Shown piece by piece: positions 9,869 to 20,531 of a DNA stretch of 64,000 nucleotides. The notes beneath the pieces are model-generated. The model made no database searches. It was not told where the DNA came from and worked only from the letters and a program-made list of their open reading frames with translations. The position numbers were made by a program, and so were the translations under genes. The DNA lies in contig OZ244779.1 of assembly GCA_965219575.1 (NCBI GenBank), forward strand, positions 1,409,928 to 1,473,927, read 5' to 3'. The DNA comes from Candidatus Oxydemutatoraceae bacterium (GTDB taxonomy: Bacteria; Pseudomonadota; Gammaproteobacteria; Poriferisulfidales; Oxydemutatoraceae). Each line of letters starts with the position of its first letter. Position 1 is the first letter of the stretch.

Positions 9869-12052
9869 ATGAAAAACAAAGACATAGCAAATTATGCGAT
9901 GATTTTTGCATGGCTATTACGAGGCAAACAATGGTATCTTTACCCGATGATATTGCTATTATTATCGGCGTGTGGCGATGCGGTGTGGAATAATCCGTAC
10001 GGAGGTTCGATCGACAATACCTATTATTCCAGTTTTACCGAACGTCCGAAGCATTTAGATCCGGCGCGCGCATACAGTAGTAACGAGTATGCGATTCTGG
10101 GGCAAATATACGAACCGGTGTTGCAATACCATTATCTAAAGCGACCCTATCAGCTCATCCCGCTAACCGCCAACCGGATGCCGACCCTATCTTATGTGGA
10201 TACAGAAGGGTATCGCACCGATGAGAAGAACGCAGCCTATATCGTCTACGATATAGAAATAAACCCGGGTATTTTGTTCCAGCCGCATCCGGCGTTTGTA
10301 GCTTCCGGCGACGATTATTTATATCATGCGATGTCCGACGAACAGTTGACCGAGATAGAACGACTGGCGGACTTTCGCGAACAAGCGACGCGTGAATTAA
10401 AAGCCGCCGACTATGTTTATCAGATCAAACGACTGGCGGACCCGGCGCGGTATTCTCCGATTGCAAGTATTTTGGCACAATACATTGTCGGCTTTCCGGA
10501 GTTCAGGGCGCGCATCGAGAGCGTGCGTAAAGACCTTGCGCGTGAGGCGTGGTTGGATTTGCGCAACGAGCAAATGGCAGGCGTAGAACTCATCGACGAT
10601 TATCGGTATAGGATCACGGTGAGCAAGGATTATCCGCAATTCATCTATTGGCTTGCGATGCCGTTTTTTGCGGCGATGCCGTGGGAGGCCGATCGCTTTT
10701 ATCATCAGCCGGGGCTCAAAGAACGCAATATCACGCTGGATTGGTTTCCTATCGGTACGGGGGCTTTTATGATGACCGAGAATAACCCTAACTTGCGGAT
10801 GACTCTGGTACGCAACCCCAATTTTAGAGCCGACTATTATCCCGCCGAAGGCGATATCGGGGACCGAGAACAAGGGCTTTTGGTTGACGCAAATAAACAA
10901 CTGCCGTTTATCGATAAAGTGATCTATAGCTTGGAGAAAGAGAGTATTCCCTATTGGAATAAATTTTTACAGGGCTATTACGACAGTTCGGGCATCAGCA
11001 CCGATAGCTTTGATCAAGCGATACAAATAGGCAAGCAGGGCGAACTGGATTTGACCGATTTTATGATCGATAAGGGTATCCGATTGTCGGTTTCTTACCA
11101 GCTATCCACTTATTACACAGGGTTCAATATGCTGGATCCGATTGTCGGTGGTAGCGACGAGCGAGCTAGAAAGTTGCGGCAAGCACTCTCTATCGCCCTC
11201 AATATGGAAGAGTATATTTCTATTTTTCTAAACGGGCGTGGCTTATCGGCGCAAGGTCCGTTACCACCCGGTATGTTCGGCAATGTATCGGGTGCCGAAG
11301 GCATCAACCCTTATGTCTACGATTGGGTAGACGGGCAAGCTCGGCGCAAACCCATATCCGAAGCCAAGCGTTTATTGGCCGAAGCCGGTTACAGAGACGG
11401 CATAGATCAACAAACCCAAAAACCGTTGGTGATAAATTTCGATACGGTCGGAACGGGACCCGACGCCAAAGCATTTCTGAATTGGACGCGCAAGCAATTC
11501 GATAATCTAGGCGTGCAGTTGGTGATACGCAACACCGACTATAATCGTTTTCAAGACAAGCTGAACAAAGGCACCACACAAGTGTTTCGCTTGGGATGGA
11601 ATGCCGATTATCCCGACCCGGAGAATTTTTTCTTTTTGTTTTACGGTCCCAACGGGAAAGTTTCCAACCAAGGCGCAAACTATTCCAACTATCAAAACTC
11701 ACGCTTCGACGAGATGTTCGAGCGGATGCGCAGTTTGCCGAACGGTGCCGAGAGACAAGTGTTGATAGACGAAATGCTGGAGCTCCTACGCTACGATGCA
11801 CCGTGGATTTGGGGCATCCATCCCAAATCTTTCGCACTGTACCACGACTGGTTGGGCAACGTAAAACCGAATCAGTTGGCGCATAATAGACTAAAATACT
11901 TCAACATCAATAGCGAGCTGCGCGCACAAAACCAAGTACAATGGAATCAACCGGAACTCGAACCGATTTTAATTTTCTTGTTGCTACTATTTATTGCTGT
12001 TTTGCCTGCCTTTTATATCTATAAAAAACGACAACGAGCGGTTGCGTTATGA
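9869..12052 (+). CDS. yejA: ABC transporter substrate-binding protein, family 5 (YejA-like), lipoprotein signal plus C-terminal TM anchor
   Basis: SBP_bac_5-like length and motifs. Lipobox LLLSAC after a candidate start (9869 or 9947; the track ORF starts at 9794). First gene of a four-gene yejABEF-like operon linked by ATGA overlaps. Confidence 0.7.
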   Translation: MKNKDIANYAMIFAWLLRGKQWYLYPMILLLLSACGDAVWNNPYGGSIDNTYYSSFTERPKHLDPARAYSSNEYAILGQIYEPVLQYHYLKRPYQLIPLTANRMPTLSYVDTEGYRTDEKNAAYIVYDIEINPGILFQPHPAFVASGDDYLYHAMSDEQLTEIERLADFREQATRELKAADYVYQIKRLADPARYSPIASILAQYIVGFPEFRARIESVRKDLAREAWLDLRNEQMAGVELIDDYRYRITVSKDYPQFIYWLAMPFFAAMPWEADRFYHQPGLKERNITLDWFPIGTGAFMMTENNPNLRMTLVRNPNFRADYYPAEGDIGDREQGLLVDANKQLPFIDKVIYSLEKESIPYWNKFLQGYYDSSGISTDSFDQAIQIGKQGELDLTDFMIDKGIRLSVSYQLSTYYTGFNMLDPIVGGSDERARKLRQALSIALNMEEYISIFLNGRGLSAQGPLPPGMFGNVSGAEGINPYVYDWVDGQARRKPISEAKRLLAEAGYRDGIDQQTQKPLVINFDTVGTGPDAKAFLNWTRKQFDNLGVQLVIRNTDYNRFQDKLNKGTTQVFRLGWNADYPDPENFFFLFYGPNGKVSNQGANYSNYQNSRFDEMFERMRSLPNGAERQVLIDEMLELLRYDAPWIWGIHPKSFALYHDWLGNVKPNQLAHNRLKYFNINSELRAQNQVQWNQPELEPILIFLLLLFIAVLPAFYIYKKRQRAVAL

Positions 12053-13026
12053 TTAACTATTTGTTTCGTCGTATCGTTTATGCGATACCTATTCTGATAG
12101 GAGTAAACTTGCTAACCTTTGCGTTGTTTTTCGTCGTCAACACACCCGACGACATTGCGCGCATGCACTTGGGTGATCGCTATGTCACACAAGAACAGAT
12201 AGATTTTTGGAAAAGCGAGCGTGGCTACGATAAACCTTTGTTATATAACGGCGAACGGCAAGGCCTCGATGCGCTAACCGATACCATCTTTTATATAAAA
12301 TCGGTACGCCTGTTTGCATTTGATTTCGGTCCTTCGGACAGCGGGCGTAACATCGGCCACGATATCAAGCAACGCATGTGGCCGAGCTTGGCAATCGCCG
12401 TGCCGACTTTGCTGATCGGTTTGCTGGTCAATATCAGCTTTGCACTGTTCATGGTATTTTTCAGAGCAACATATGTTGATTTCGGTTCGGTCGTATTGTG
12501 CGTCGTCTTGATGTCCATCTCGGCACTTTTTTATATCATCGCCGGACAATATCTGTTTGCCAAACTACTCAATCTGGTGCCTATATCGGGCTACGATACC
12601 GGTGTCGACGCAATCAAATTCGTCATACTGCCGGTGTTGATCGGTGTCGTTGGCGGCATCGGGGCAGGCAGTCGCTGGTACCGTACGATATTCCTCGAGG
12701 AAATCTCCAAAGATTATGTCACTACCGCAAGAGCCAAAGGGCTGAACGATTTTTATATTTTGTTCAATCATGTGTTGCCGAATGCAATGATCCCGATACT
12801 CACCGGTATTGTCGTCATCTTGCCCTTGTTGTTTTTGGGGAGCTTGATTATAGAGTCGTTTTTCGGCATCCCGGGGCTAGGCAGCTATACCATAGATGCG
12901 ATTGCCCGAGAAGATTTTGCGATCGTCAGGGCAATGGTCTTTTTGGGGTCGTTCCTATACATCATCGGTTTACTATTGACCGATATTTCCTATACACTGG
13001 TCGATCCTAGGGTGCGTTTAGAATGA
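12049..13026 (+). CDS. yejB: ABC transporter permease (YejB/DppB-like)
   Basis: Six-TM BPD_transp_1 permease with an ATGA overlap to both neighbours. Confidence 0.75.
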   Translation: MINYLFRRIVYAIPILIGVNLLTFALFFVVNTPDDIARMHLGDRYVTQEQIDFWKSERGYDKPLLYNGERQGLDALTDTIFYIKSVRLFAFDFGPSDSGRNIGHDIKQRMWPSLAIAVPTLLIGLLVNISFALFMVFFRATYVDFGSVVLCVVLMSISALFYIIAGQYLFAKLLNLVPISGYDTGVDAIKFVILPVLIGVVGGIGAGSRWYRTIFLEEISKDYVTTARAKGLNDFYILFNHVLPNAMIPILTGIVVILPLLFLGSLIIESFFGIPGLGSYTIDAIAREDFAIVRAMVFLGSFLYIIGLLLTDISYTLVDPRVRLE

Positions 13027-14486
13027 TCAAGCCGGTTATTTTGTTGAGCGACGGGTTCTTCTTCGTATTGATCGCATTATTCATCGTATATTTTTATTAT
13101 GCACGCACGCGCACCCATCTGCGAGCGATCTGGAGAAAACTCGCACGCAACAAAACCGCAATGATCTCCGCGGTGTTTCTGATGTTCTACTTTATGGTTG
13201 CGTTTCTAGACTCGCTGCATTTTCATAAAGCGTTGGATCAGCGAGGTGCGAACAACGAGGTTATTTATTCAAACGAGATCGTCAGTGTTTTGGATCAGAT
13301 CTTACTACCGCTGCGCGAGCGCACCGAGAAAAGCTATTCGGCACCTTTTGCAACGCATGCGTATGTCAAAGAATTCTATATTGACGACGGAGCGACCCAG
13401 CAGCATTACCCGCGCCTTCGGCATGGCGGTGCACATTTGGATGATCTCGAACAACTACAACCGCTCCACGCATGGATCCATAAACGTCTGCAGACTATGG
13501 AGCAGCAAAAGGCTTTTGATATCGGTGTGCGCCTCTTCAAAGGGATATTTTTCGGATTGCTATGCTTTCTTTTCATTTACTTACTGATTTGCTTTTTCTA
13601 TGCCAGACATAGTGCCAAGCCTATAGAGCGGGTTGTGCCGATGTTGATACACGATCATCATGAGTTGCCGTGGCGGGCGGTGATGATTACCCTGATGCTA
13701 CTCGTTGTGACAATTTTTACGATTGCCTATACGAGTCACTACTATTACGTACTAGGCACCGATAAGATCGGCTCGGATGTGTTGTATCAAGCAATCAAAA
13801 GTATACGCACCGGATTTTTAATCGGCACGCTGACAACGCTGATAATGCTACCCTTTGCATTGGTGTTGGGAGTCTGCGCCGGCTATTTTCTGGGTAGAAT
13901 AGACGATGTCATTCAATATCTTTACACAACGCTGAACTCGGTGCCGGGTGTGCTTCTGGTTGCTGCCGCAATTCTGATGCTCCATGTTTATATGGATCAA
14001 AACCCCGACCAATTTAATAATCTCACCGAACGCTCGGATTTGAGATTGCTGTTTCTGTGCGGCATCCTCGGCATTACCAGCTGGACCGGCTTATGCCGCT
14101 TGCTACGAGCCGAGACGCTGAAGATTAAAGAGATGAATTATATAGAAGCCGCACAAGTGTTGGGTATTCCGCAATGGCAATTGCTACTGCGCCATATTTT
14201 GCCGAATGTGATGCACATCGTGTTCATCACTATCGCACTGGATTTTAGCGGCTTGGTGCTAGCCGAAACGGTGCTATCGTATATCAATATCGGCGTAGAC
14301 CCGACGATGAATAGCTGGGGCAACATGATTAACAGTGCGCGTTTGGAGATGGCACGCGAGCCTATAGTCTGGTGGCCGTTGCTCGCTGCAATGCTCTTTT
14401 TATTCGGCTTGGTATTGTGTGCCAATCTCTTTGCCGACGGCGTTAGAGACGCTTTTGACCCTCGCTCCGCGGAGACCGCCAAATGA
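13023..14486 (+). CDS. yejE: ABC transporter permease (YejE/DppC-like) with a long N-terminal extension
   Basis: Permease domain in the C-terminal half. The extra N-terminal ~190 aa carry two TM helices. Confidence 0.75.
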   Translation: MIKPVILLSDGFFFVLIALFIVYFYYARTRTHLRAIWRKLARNKTAMISAVFLMFYFMVAFLDSLHFHKALDQRGANNEVIYSNEIVSVLDQILLPLRERTEKSYSAPFATHAYVKEFYIDDGATQQHYPRLRHGGAHLDDLEQLQPLHAWIHKRLQTMEQQKAFDIGVRLFKGIFFGLLCFLFIYLLICFFYARHSAKPIERVVPMLIHDHHELPWRAVMITLMLLVVTIFTIAYTSHYYYVLGTDKIGSDVLYQAIKSIRTGFLIGTLTTLIMLPFALVLGVCAGYFLGRIDDVIQYLYTTLNSVPGVLLVAAAILMLHVYMDQNPDQFNNLTERSDLRLLFLCGILGITSWTGLCRLLRAETLKIKEMNYIEAAQVLGIPQWQLLLRHILPNVMHIVFITIALDFSGLVLAETVLSYINIGVDPTMNSWGNMINSARLEMAREPIVWWPLLAAMLFLFGLVLCANLFADGVRDAFDPRSAETAK

Positions 14487-16108
14487 AACCTTTGTTGCGT
14501 GTTCGTGATTTGACGATAAAAACCATAGACCCTGCACAAGGCGGTGTGCTGGTCGATAATATCAGCTTTGATATAGCCGAAGGGCAAAGCTTTGCGTTGT
14601 TGGGAGAATCGGGGTCGGGTAAATCGCTGACCGCATTGGCTTTGCTTCGTTTGCTGTCATCCAATTTGCAAATTAGTTCGGGTTCGGTAGAACTGAACGG
14701 CACCGACTTACTTAAACTGCCGGCATACCAAATGCGCTTTTATCGCGCTGCCAAACTGGCGATGATCTTCCAAGAGCCGATGACCTCTTTTAATCCGGTG
14801 ATGAAAATAGGTAAACAAATTTTAGAACCGCTGGCACTGCATCGCAAGCAGAAGGGTGCTACGGCGCATCGGAGTGCATTAAAATTGTTTGAAGATGTCG
14901 GACTGCCGGATCCTGAGCGCGTGTTCCAATCGTACCCGCATCAGTTATCGGGTGGCATGAAACAGCGGGCGATGATTGCGATGGCACTGGTTGCAAACCC
15001 CGCTTTATTGATTGCCGACGAACCGACAACCGCATTGGATGTTACGATACAAGCCCAGGTGCTCGAACTGTTGTGCGATATACAAAAACGCCGCGGCATG
15101 GCAATGCTGTTTATCTCTCATGATTTGTCGGTGGTCGCTAATGTTGCCGAGCGTATCGCAGTGATGCGATACGGCAAGATACTGGAGGAAGCGAATGCCG
15201 ATATATTCTTTAAGCAAGCGCGCCACGACTATACTCGTAGTCTTTATCAAATGCTACCCGACCAATCCAAGCGCGGTTATCTGTTAAACCCCGAAGGGCA
15301 ACTACAAAAGCTCAACGGCAGTGGCAAAACTTCCGAGGGCAGGATAGAGGTTGACGATTTAGCCGTCCATTTCCAATTACGCAGCGGATTATTGAGGCAA
15401 ATAAAACATACCGTAAAAGCCGTAGACGGTGTCTCGTTTACGCTACGACGCGGAAAAACACTGGCATTGGTCGGTGAGTCGGGGAGCGGTAAAACCACCA
15501 TTGCCAGAGCTTTGCTGGCTTTGAATAAACCCAGCCGTGGAAAAATCCATATTGCCGCCGATAGTGGAGCCCCCGAGCCCGTAAACGATATCAAAGCGCA
15601 GACGCAGATCGTATTCCAAGATCCGTTTTTTTCGCTGAACCCTAAGATGTCCGTTGCACAGATTCTAAGCGAAGCACTACTATGTAAAGGGTGCGATGAC
15701 TTGAATGCCGAACTGAATAGATTGCTGGAGCAAGTCGGTTTAAGCGATGATTATCTAAGACGCTACCCGCATCAGCTGTCGGGCGGTCAACGCCAACGTA
15801 TCTGCATCGCTAGATCGCTTGCCGCCAAGCCCGACTTCATTATATGGGACGAGCCGACCAGTGCATTGGATGTGCTGGTGCAGGCGCAAATACTCAATTT
15901 ATTACAAGAATTACAAATACAACTCAATCTAGGCTACCTGTTTATTACCCACGATATCTCTATCGTTGCCTATCTGGCACACGAAATTGCCGTTATTTAT
16001 AAGGGAAAATTCATAGAATACGGGGATACCTTGAAAATTTTATCAAAACCGAAGCATGCATACACCCAAGAATTATTGGCAGCCGTGCCTACGCTTTCCG
16101 TTGCTTGA
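14483..16108 (+). CDS. yejF: Fused double-ATPase ABC protein (YejF-like)
   Basis: Two complete ABC cassettes (GESGSGKS x2, LSGGMKQR / LSGGQRQR) in 541 aa, as in YejF. Confidence 0.85.
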   Translation: MKPLLRVRDLTIKTIDPAQGGVLVDNISFDIAEGQSFALLGESGSGKSLTALALLRLLSSNLQISSGSVELNGTDLLKLPAYQMRFYRAAKLAMIFQEPMTSFNPVMKIGKQILEPLALHRKQKGATAHRSALKLFEDVGLPDPERVFQSYPHQLSGGMKQRAMIAMALVANPALLIADEPTTALDVTIQAQVLELLCDIQKRRGMAMLFISHDLSVVANVAERIAVMRYGKILEEANADIFFKQARHDYTRSLYQMLPDQSKRGYLLNPEGQLQKLNGSGKTSEGRIEVDDLAVHFQLRSGLLRQIKHTVKAVDGVSFTLRRGKTLALVGESGSGKTTIARALLALNKPSRGKIHIAADSGAPEPVNDIKAQTQIVFQDPFFSLNPKMSVAQILSEALLCKGCDDLNAELNRLLEQVGLSDDYLRRYPHQLSGGQRQRICIARSLAAKPDFIIWDEPTSALDVLVQAQILNLLQELQIQLNLGYLFITHDISIVAYLAHEIAVIYKGKFIEYGDTLKILSKPKHAYTQELLAAVPTLSVA

Positions 16109-16118
16109 CCATATGGAT

Positions 16119-16385
16119 CTGTTGAAAAAGTGCCGTTCTGCACGAACTCAACCGCTATGCGCTGCATAATTATCCAAACCACCTGTAGGGGCGGACTGGC
16201 ATGTCCGCCCTAGAGTGCCGTTCTGCACAGCCGTAACCGCTTGCGCCGTATGGTTTTGGTTTCCATAAATCGGGTGAATGAATGTATAAATCGTGCCGAC
16301 AAACGCGTCACGGGCGGACATGTCGTAGGGGCGGACTTACATGTCCGCCCGCCCCTACATTGTATGAAATACTTTTTCAACAGCC
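16119..16385. repeat. MITE-like element, family A, full copy
   Basis: Bounded by the inverted repeats CTGTTGAAAAAGT...ACTTTTTCAACAGCC. Contains the GTAGGGGCGGAC-n-GTCCGCCCCTAC palindrome twice. It starts 11 nt after the yejF stop. Confidence 0.8.
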
Positions 16386-16466
16386 TAGTCATATCTGCAA
16401 AAGTCTATTCATCAAGCCAATTTGAGACAACCACTATGACGATAAAACCATTTTTTCATCAGCCTC

Positions 16467-17219
16467 ATGCTTAACTTTAAGAAAAAACGTATCGAAAGAA
16501 CACCATCGCAAAACTCTTTATTATTGGACGAGTGGTATCAAAGCGATGTCAATAGAAAGCTATGGATGGAAACCGAACCGGCACTACAGCCTTGGTTAGA
16601 GAGAACGATGGGCTATTACGCAGCGCATATTGCATCCTTTCAAGTCGGTGACGAGTTATTATCGTGTAGTCGCGTGCGCACTAAGTGTATTGTCAATGCA
16701 ACTAGGTACTCCGACACCGGTATACTCGCCGATTTCACATCTCTACCGCTCGATACCGAAAGCATGGATTTGATCATCGCACACCATATATTTGAATTCA
16801 TCTCGCAGCCGCACGAGTTTTTGCGCGAGGTTGATAGAGTGCTAATCTCCGAAGGGTTACTTATAATAATCTGTTTTAATCCGATAAGTTATCAAGGTTT
16901 ATTCAAACTGTTTCAATTACACGGACGAGCCAATCCACCGTGGTGTGGCAACTTCTATACGCCTTTTCGAGTAAAAGACTGGCTCTCGGTGCTGGGCTTT
17001 AAGGTAAAAGAATTACGCTATTTTGCTCCCCCGCTGATCCGATACAAAAACCACCCCGGTTATGCAGGCAAAATCTCGCGAGGTTGCAAGCGTTTTATGA
17101 AATGGGGTAGCTCTTTTTATGCAATACTCGCAGTAAAACAAGTCTCGCGTTTGATACCGCTAGGTCCGGTATGGAAAGACCGAATAATAAAGCCCGAAGC
17201 ACCGCAACCGACCGCTTGA
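16467..17219 (+). CDS. Class I SAM-dependent methyltransferase (YafS-like)
   Basis: Methyltransferase-like core. Its position directly upstream of rnhA mirrors yafS in enterobacteria. Confidence 0.5.
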   Translation: MLNFKKKRIERTPSQNSLLLDEWYQSDVNRKLWMETEPALQPWLERTMGYYAAHIASFQVGDELLSCSRVRTKCIVNATRYSDTGILADFTSLPLDTESMDLIIAHHIFEFISQPHEFLREVDRVLISEGLLIIICFNPISYQGLFKLFQLHGRANPPWCGNFYTPFRVKDWLSVLGFKVKELRYFAPPLIRYKNHPGYAGKISRGCKRFMKWGSSFYAILAVKQVSRLIPLGPVWKDRIIKPEAPQPTA

Positions 17220-17229
17220 GGAAGCTGTC

Positions 17230-17685
17230 ATGCCGGACATGATGCCTATCTATGTCTATACCGACGGCGCATGTCGAGGCAACCCCGGGCCGGGCGGTTG
17301 GGCAGCGATATTGATCTACGGAACACATGAAAAAGTACTCTGCGGCGGAGAACATCACACCACGAATAACCGCATGGAACTCACCGCCGCAATACGAGGC
17401 CTCTCGGCAATCAAGCCGGAAAAACTCAAAAGTAAGAAACATATCGTCTATCTCATAACCGACTCGCTCTACCTCAAAAACGGCATAGAGATATGGATTG
17501 CCAACTGGAAGCAAAACAACTGGCGAACGATAAGCAAAAAGGTAGTCAAAAACCAAGACCTATGGAAAGAGCTAGACCACCTGAACACACTAATGCAAAT
17601 CAACTGGCAATGGGTCAGAGGCCACAGCGGCTATGCAGAGAACGAACGCGCCGACCAACTCGCAAAAGATAGCATCCCCTCGTAG
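17230..17685 (+). CDS. rnhA: Ribonuclease HI
   Basis: IYTDGACRGNPGPGGWAAIL...TNNRMELTAAI is the canonical RNase H catalytic motif set. Confidence 0.92.
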   Translation: MPDMMPIYVYTDGACRGNPGPGGWAAILIYGTHEKVLCGGEHHTTNNRMELTAAIRGLSAIKPEKLKSKKHIVYLITDSLYLKNGIEIWIANWKQNNWRTISKKVVKNQDLWKELDHLNTLMQINWQWVRGHSGYAENERADQLAKDSIPS

Positions 17686-17790
17686 AGCAACATTTCGTGT
17701 AGAGGCGTGGTCGCAGCATATCTGCACCAGTCAATTCCCATTATTGTAGAGGCAGCAGGCTTCACCTGACCGGGTGGTCGCTGCATGGGA

Positions 17791-17992
17791 CTGTTGAAAA
17801 AATACTGTTCTGCAAAACCGTAACCGCTTGCGCCGCATAATTATCCAACCCACCTGTAGGGGCGGACTAACATGTCCGCCCGTAACGCGTTGTGCCTACA
17901 CGATTTATACATTCATCCATCCAATTTATGGAAACCAAAACAAAATGGCGCAAGTGATTAGATTCGTACGATGCCGCACTTTTTCAACAGCC
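17791..17992. repeat. MITE-like element, family A, preceded by a family B hairpin repeat (17695..17790)
   Basis: Same terminal inverted repeats and CGGACTAACATGTCCGCC palindrome. Confidence 0.8.
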
Positions 17993-18152
17993 CGTAAGGG
18001 TCTGCACAGTTGCAACAAGTAGCGACTCAACCACCTCATATTACCCCAACATACCGTTTATCGGATATTTACTACTGTTCATCCATTTGTCTAAAAACAC
18101 CTCAAGTATTCGCTCAAACTACAGGTTTTAACTAAAACTTGCAGGAGATTTC

Positions 18153-19076
18153 ATGGCAAAAAAAACTCAATCTAAATACTTAGCACTGACAGAAGACATT
18201 TCCTTCAAGCGATACTTCTCAAGCAGTAAGCAATTACTATTCTCGCTACTTAAGAGCTTCCTGCCGATCTCCGATCGTGCCTCGGGTATGGTGATACTCA
18301 ACCCCGACATACTAGACACCGCATCCGCTACCACCAATCAACCCGGTCAATCGGACGATAAGCTACATCTGCAAGACAGTGCTATCCCACCGGACACACC
18401 GGATGGCAAACAAGTAGTGCTAGACCTCCATGTCGAATTAAATAGCGGTGAGCATGTGGACATAGAGATGCAAAGCCACCCGCATAAAGATTTCTTGTTT
18501 AGAATGTTAGCCTACTGGGTGCGGTTGCATAATCAATCCTTAAAGCGCGGACAGAAGACCAAAGAAAATAAACCGACCTACTCACTAATATTTACCAAGT
18601 TCAGCGTGCTTAGCAAAGCCGAGAGAGACTATATCAAAAAGGCGAACATCAATTTCGAAGGCTATCAGGATAGAGCACTTTACTGGGGGTTTAAGATGTT
18701 TTTCGTGGAATTGAATAGGTTCAATAAGAGCCACCTTGAACTAGTTGATATGGCAGACAGGTGGTGCTATATTATGAAGCATTCGGCGGACTTGACAGCC
18801 GAACAAGTAGCGTATTTATCACAACATGGAGAGACGAAGATGGCATTAGAACATTTAGAGGAAGTATCCAAAGAAAAGAGGGAGTATTGGAAGGCTGCAT
18901 CTCGAGAGAGACGCGAGTGGGAGCATGAGATGAGAAAGCAAGGACTAATAGAAGAAGGCATAGAAAAAGGACATCGAGAAATCGCTTTGAACATGTTGCA
19001 AAAGGGTTTAGAGGTCTCGTTGATTTCCGAAGTCACAGGTTTATCCGTTGCCGAGATTAAACAGCTAAAAAGATAG
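18153..19076 (+). CDS. Rpn-family recombination-promoting nuclease / putative transposase (PD-(D/E)XK, Transposase_31-like) with DUF4351-like C-terminus
   Basis: N-terminal YhgA/Rpn-like core (DLHVELNSGEHVDIEMQSH). The C-terminal tail ...EIALNMLQKGLEVSLISEVTGLSVAEIKQLK is shared with the truncated paralog at 20753. Confidence 0.6.
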   Translation: MAKKTQSKYLALTEDISFKRYFSSSKQLLFSLLKSFLPISDRASGMVILNPDILDTASATTNQPGQSDDKLHLQDSAIPPDTPDGKQVVLDLHVELNSGEHVDIEMQSHPHKDFLFRMLAYWVRLHNQSLKRGQKTKENKPTYSLIFTKFSVLSKAERDYIKKANINFEGYQDRALYWGFKMFFVELNRFNKSHLELVDMADRWCYIMKHSADLTAEQVAYLSQHGETKMALEHLEEVSKEKREYWKAASRERREWEHEMRKQGLIEEGIEKGHREIALNMLQKGLEVSLISEVTGLSVAEIKQLKR

Positions 19077-19162
19077 AACTGAACCACAAGTACGATACTG
19101 GTACATTCCTCTCCCGTAGAGGGGTGTCAGGCATAGCCTGACGGGGTGGTCGCTAAAGAGGG

Positions 19163-19206
19163 CTGTTGAAAAAGTATTTCATAAAATGTAGGGGCGGACT
19201 AGCATG
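19163..19206. repeat. Left part of a family A MITE interrupted by IS110
   Basis: CTGTTGAAAAAGTATTTCATAAAATGTAGGGGCGGACTAGCATG, then the sequence diverges. Confidence 0.75.
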
Positions 19207-20531
19207 ATGCCTTATTAAAAATCAAGTCATTTTATTCATTTTTTATCTCCGTTTTATATTTTTCCTGAGTATCGATTTAGGACGCAGATGCGCAACAATA
19301 ATTCGGGTCAAACGGCTTCCTGTATCTGAGTATCCCGTAAATAATACGTGCCAGCTTATGGGCGCAAGCAACAATAATCTGCTTTTTAGTTAACTCCGGA
19401 CGCCGCCGACTTAATTGGTCGGCAAAGGCACGGATGATTGGGTTATGAACCCGTGCCGAGAGTGCCGCCATAAACAGCAGGGTGCGCAGTTCGGCATCGC
19501 CCATTTTAGAGATATGCGCCTTCGCCTCGTAGTTGCCGGACTGCCGGCGCCTTGGGTTGAGACCGACATAGACTGCGAATTGCTCTGCGTTATCAAATGT
19601 CTTATCATTGAAAACAGCACACAGGGCAATCGCTGTCTGAGTGCCGATGCCGGTAATGGAACACAGCAACTGCTCAAGCTCTGCGAGTTGCTCGTCTTGA
19701 GCGATAATTTGCTCCATTTCGGCATCCTGCTTAGCAATCTGTTTGTCAAAGTATCTCAGGTTCTCAGCTGCTCGTTTTTTTTGCCTTGCATCGCATAAGG
19801 TTTTCATACAATTACTTAACCCGGTATGATCTTTGACTAATTGCCTGCGCACTTTTCGTGCATCTCTCAAGGCGAGTGCAGTCGGCGACGGCATTTGCCA
19901 ATCTTTACCGTCAACAGCGAATGCGAACAGTGCGATGAGCCGCGCATCATCGCGATCGGTTTTATTGTGCATACCAAGCGATTGGCGGAAGCTGGCAACC
20001 TGCGCCGGTTTGACAATCCTAATCGGATGTTGCGCCAGATAGCCGGCTTTGCACAGGGCGAACTCAAAACCGCCGGTGGCTTCAACACAGATGCGACAGT
20101 GCGGTGCGCAGTGTTTGCTAGCCCAAGCTAACAGCTGCTTAATGCCTTTAGCATCATTGCTAAATTGTGCCTCGGCAAAACTATTATCGGTGAATAATAG
20201 AGCGGCCTCTAAAGTGTCTTTAGAGACATCCACGCCGATTATGGCAGGGTGTTTGTTTTCCATAATAATATCCTCCATTATGGTTGTTCAGTGAATAAAA
20301 TACTCGGTAGCCAGTTCAGGAAAGTATGACTACGCCGCCCACACAGGTAAATACGAGATCTAAAGTCTCAAGCTGCCTTCCGAGCTCTATAGTCATAGCG
20401 CCGGAGGAGTGCTTTTCATGCTAACAGGCTTTAATGCCTCGTCCGTCCTGCGGCGTGTCTCCTCCGACTTCCTAGGTACTGCAACTACCTAAGCATTTAT
20501 CTTATATAAATAAGCTAGGGTTTAATATACC
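19207..20531 (-). mobile_element. IS110-family insertion sequence (~1.3 kb) inserted in a MITE palindrome
   Basis: Carries a single DEDD-transposase ORF. The flanks reconstitute an intact family A palindrome (…GGCGGACTAGCATG | IS | TCCGCCCGTAACGCG…). Boundaries are ±3 bp. No terminal inverted repeats, as expected for IS110. Confidence 0.7.
19277..20278 (-). CDS. IS110-family transposase (DEDD)
   Basis: N-terminal IIGVDVSKDTLEAALL (DEDD_Tnp_IS110) and a C-terminal Transposase_20-like domain, in 333 aa. Confidence 0.85.
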   Translation of the reverse strand: MEDIIMENKHPAIIGVDVSKDTLEAALLFTDNSFAEAQFSNDAKGIKQLLAWASKHCAPHCRICVEATGGFEFALCKAGYLAQHPIRIVKPAQVASFRQSLGMHNKTDRDDARLIALFAFAVDGKDWQMPSPTALALRDARKVRRQLVKDHTGLSNCMKTLCDARQKKRAAENLRYFDKQIAKQDAEMEQIIAQDEQLAELEQLLCSITGIGTQTAIALCAVFNDKTFDNAEQFAVYVGLNPRRRQSGNYEAKAHISKMGDAELRTLLFMAALSARVHNPIIRAFADQLSRRRPELTKKQIIVACAHKLARIIYGILRYRKPFDPNYCCASAS

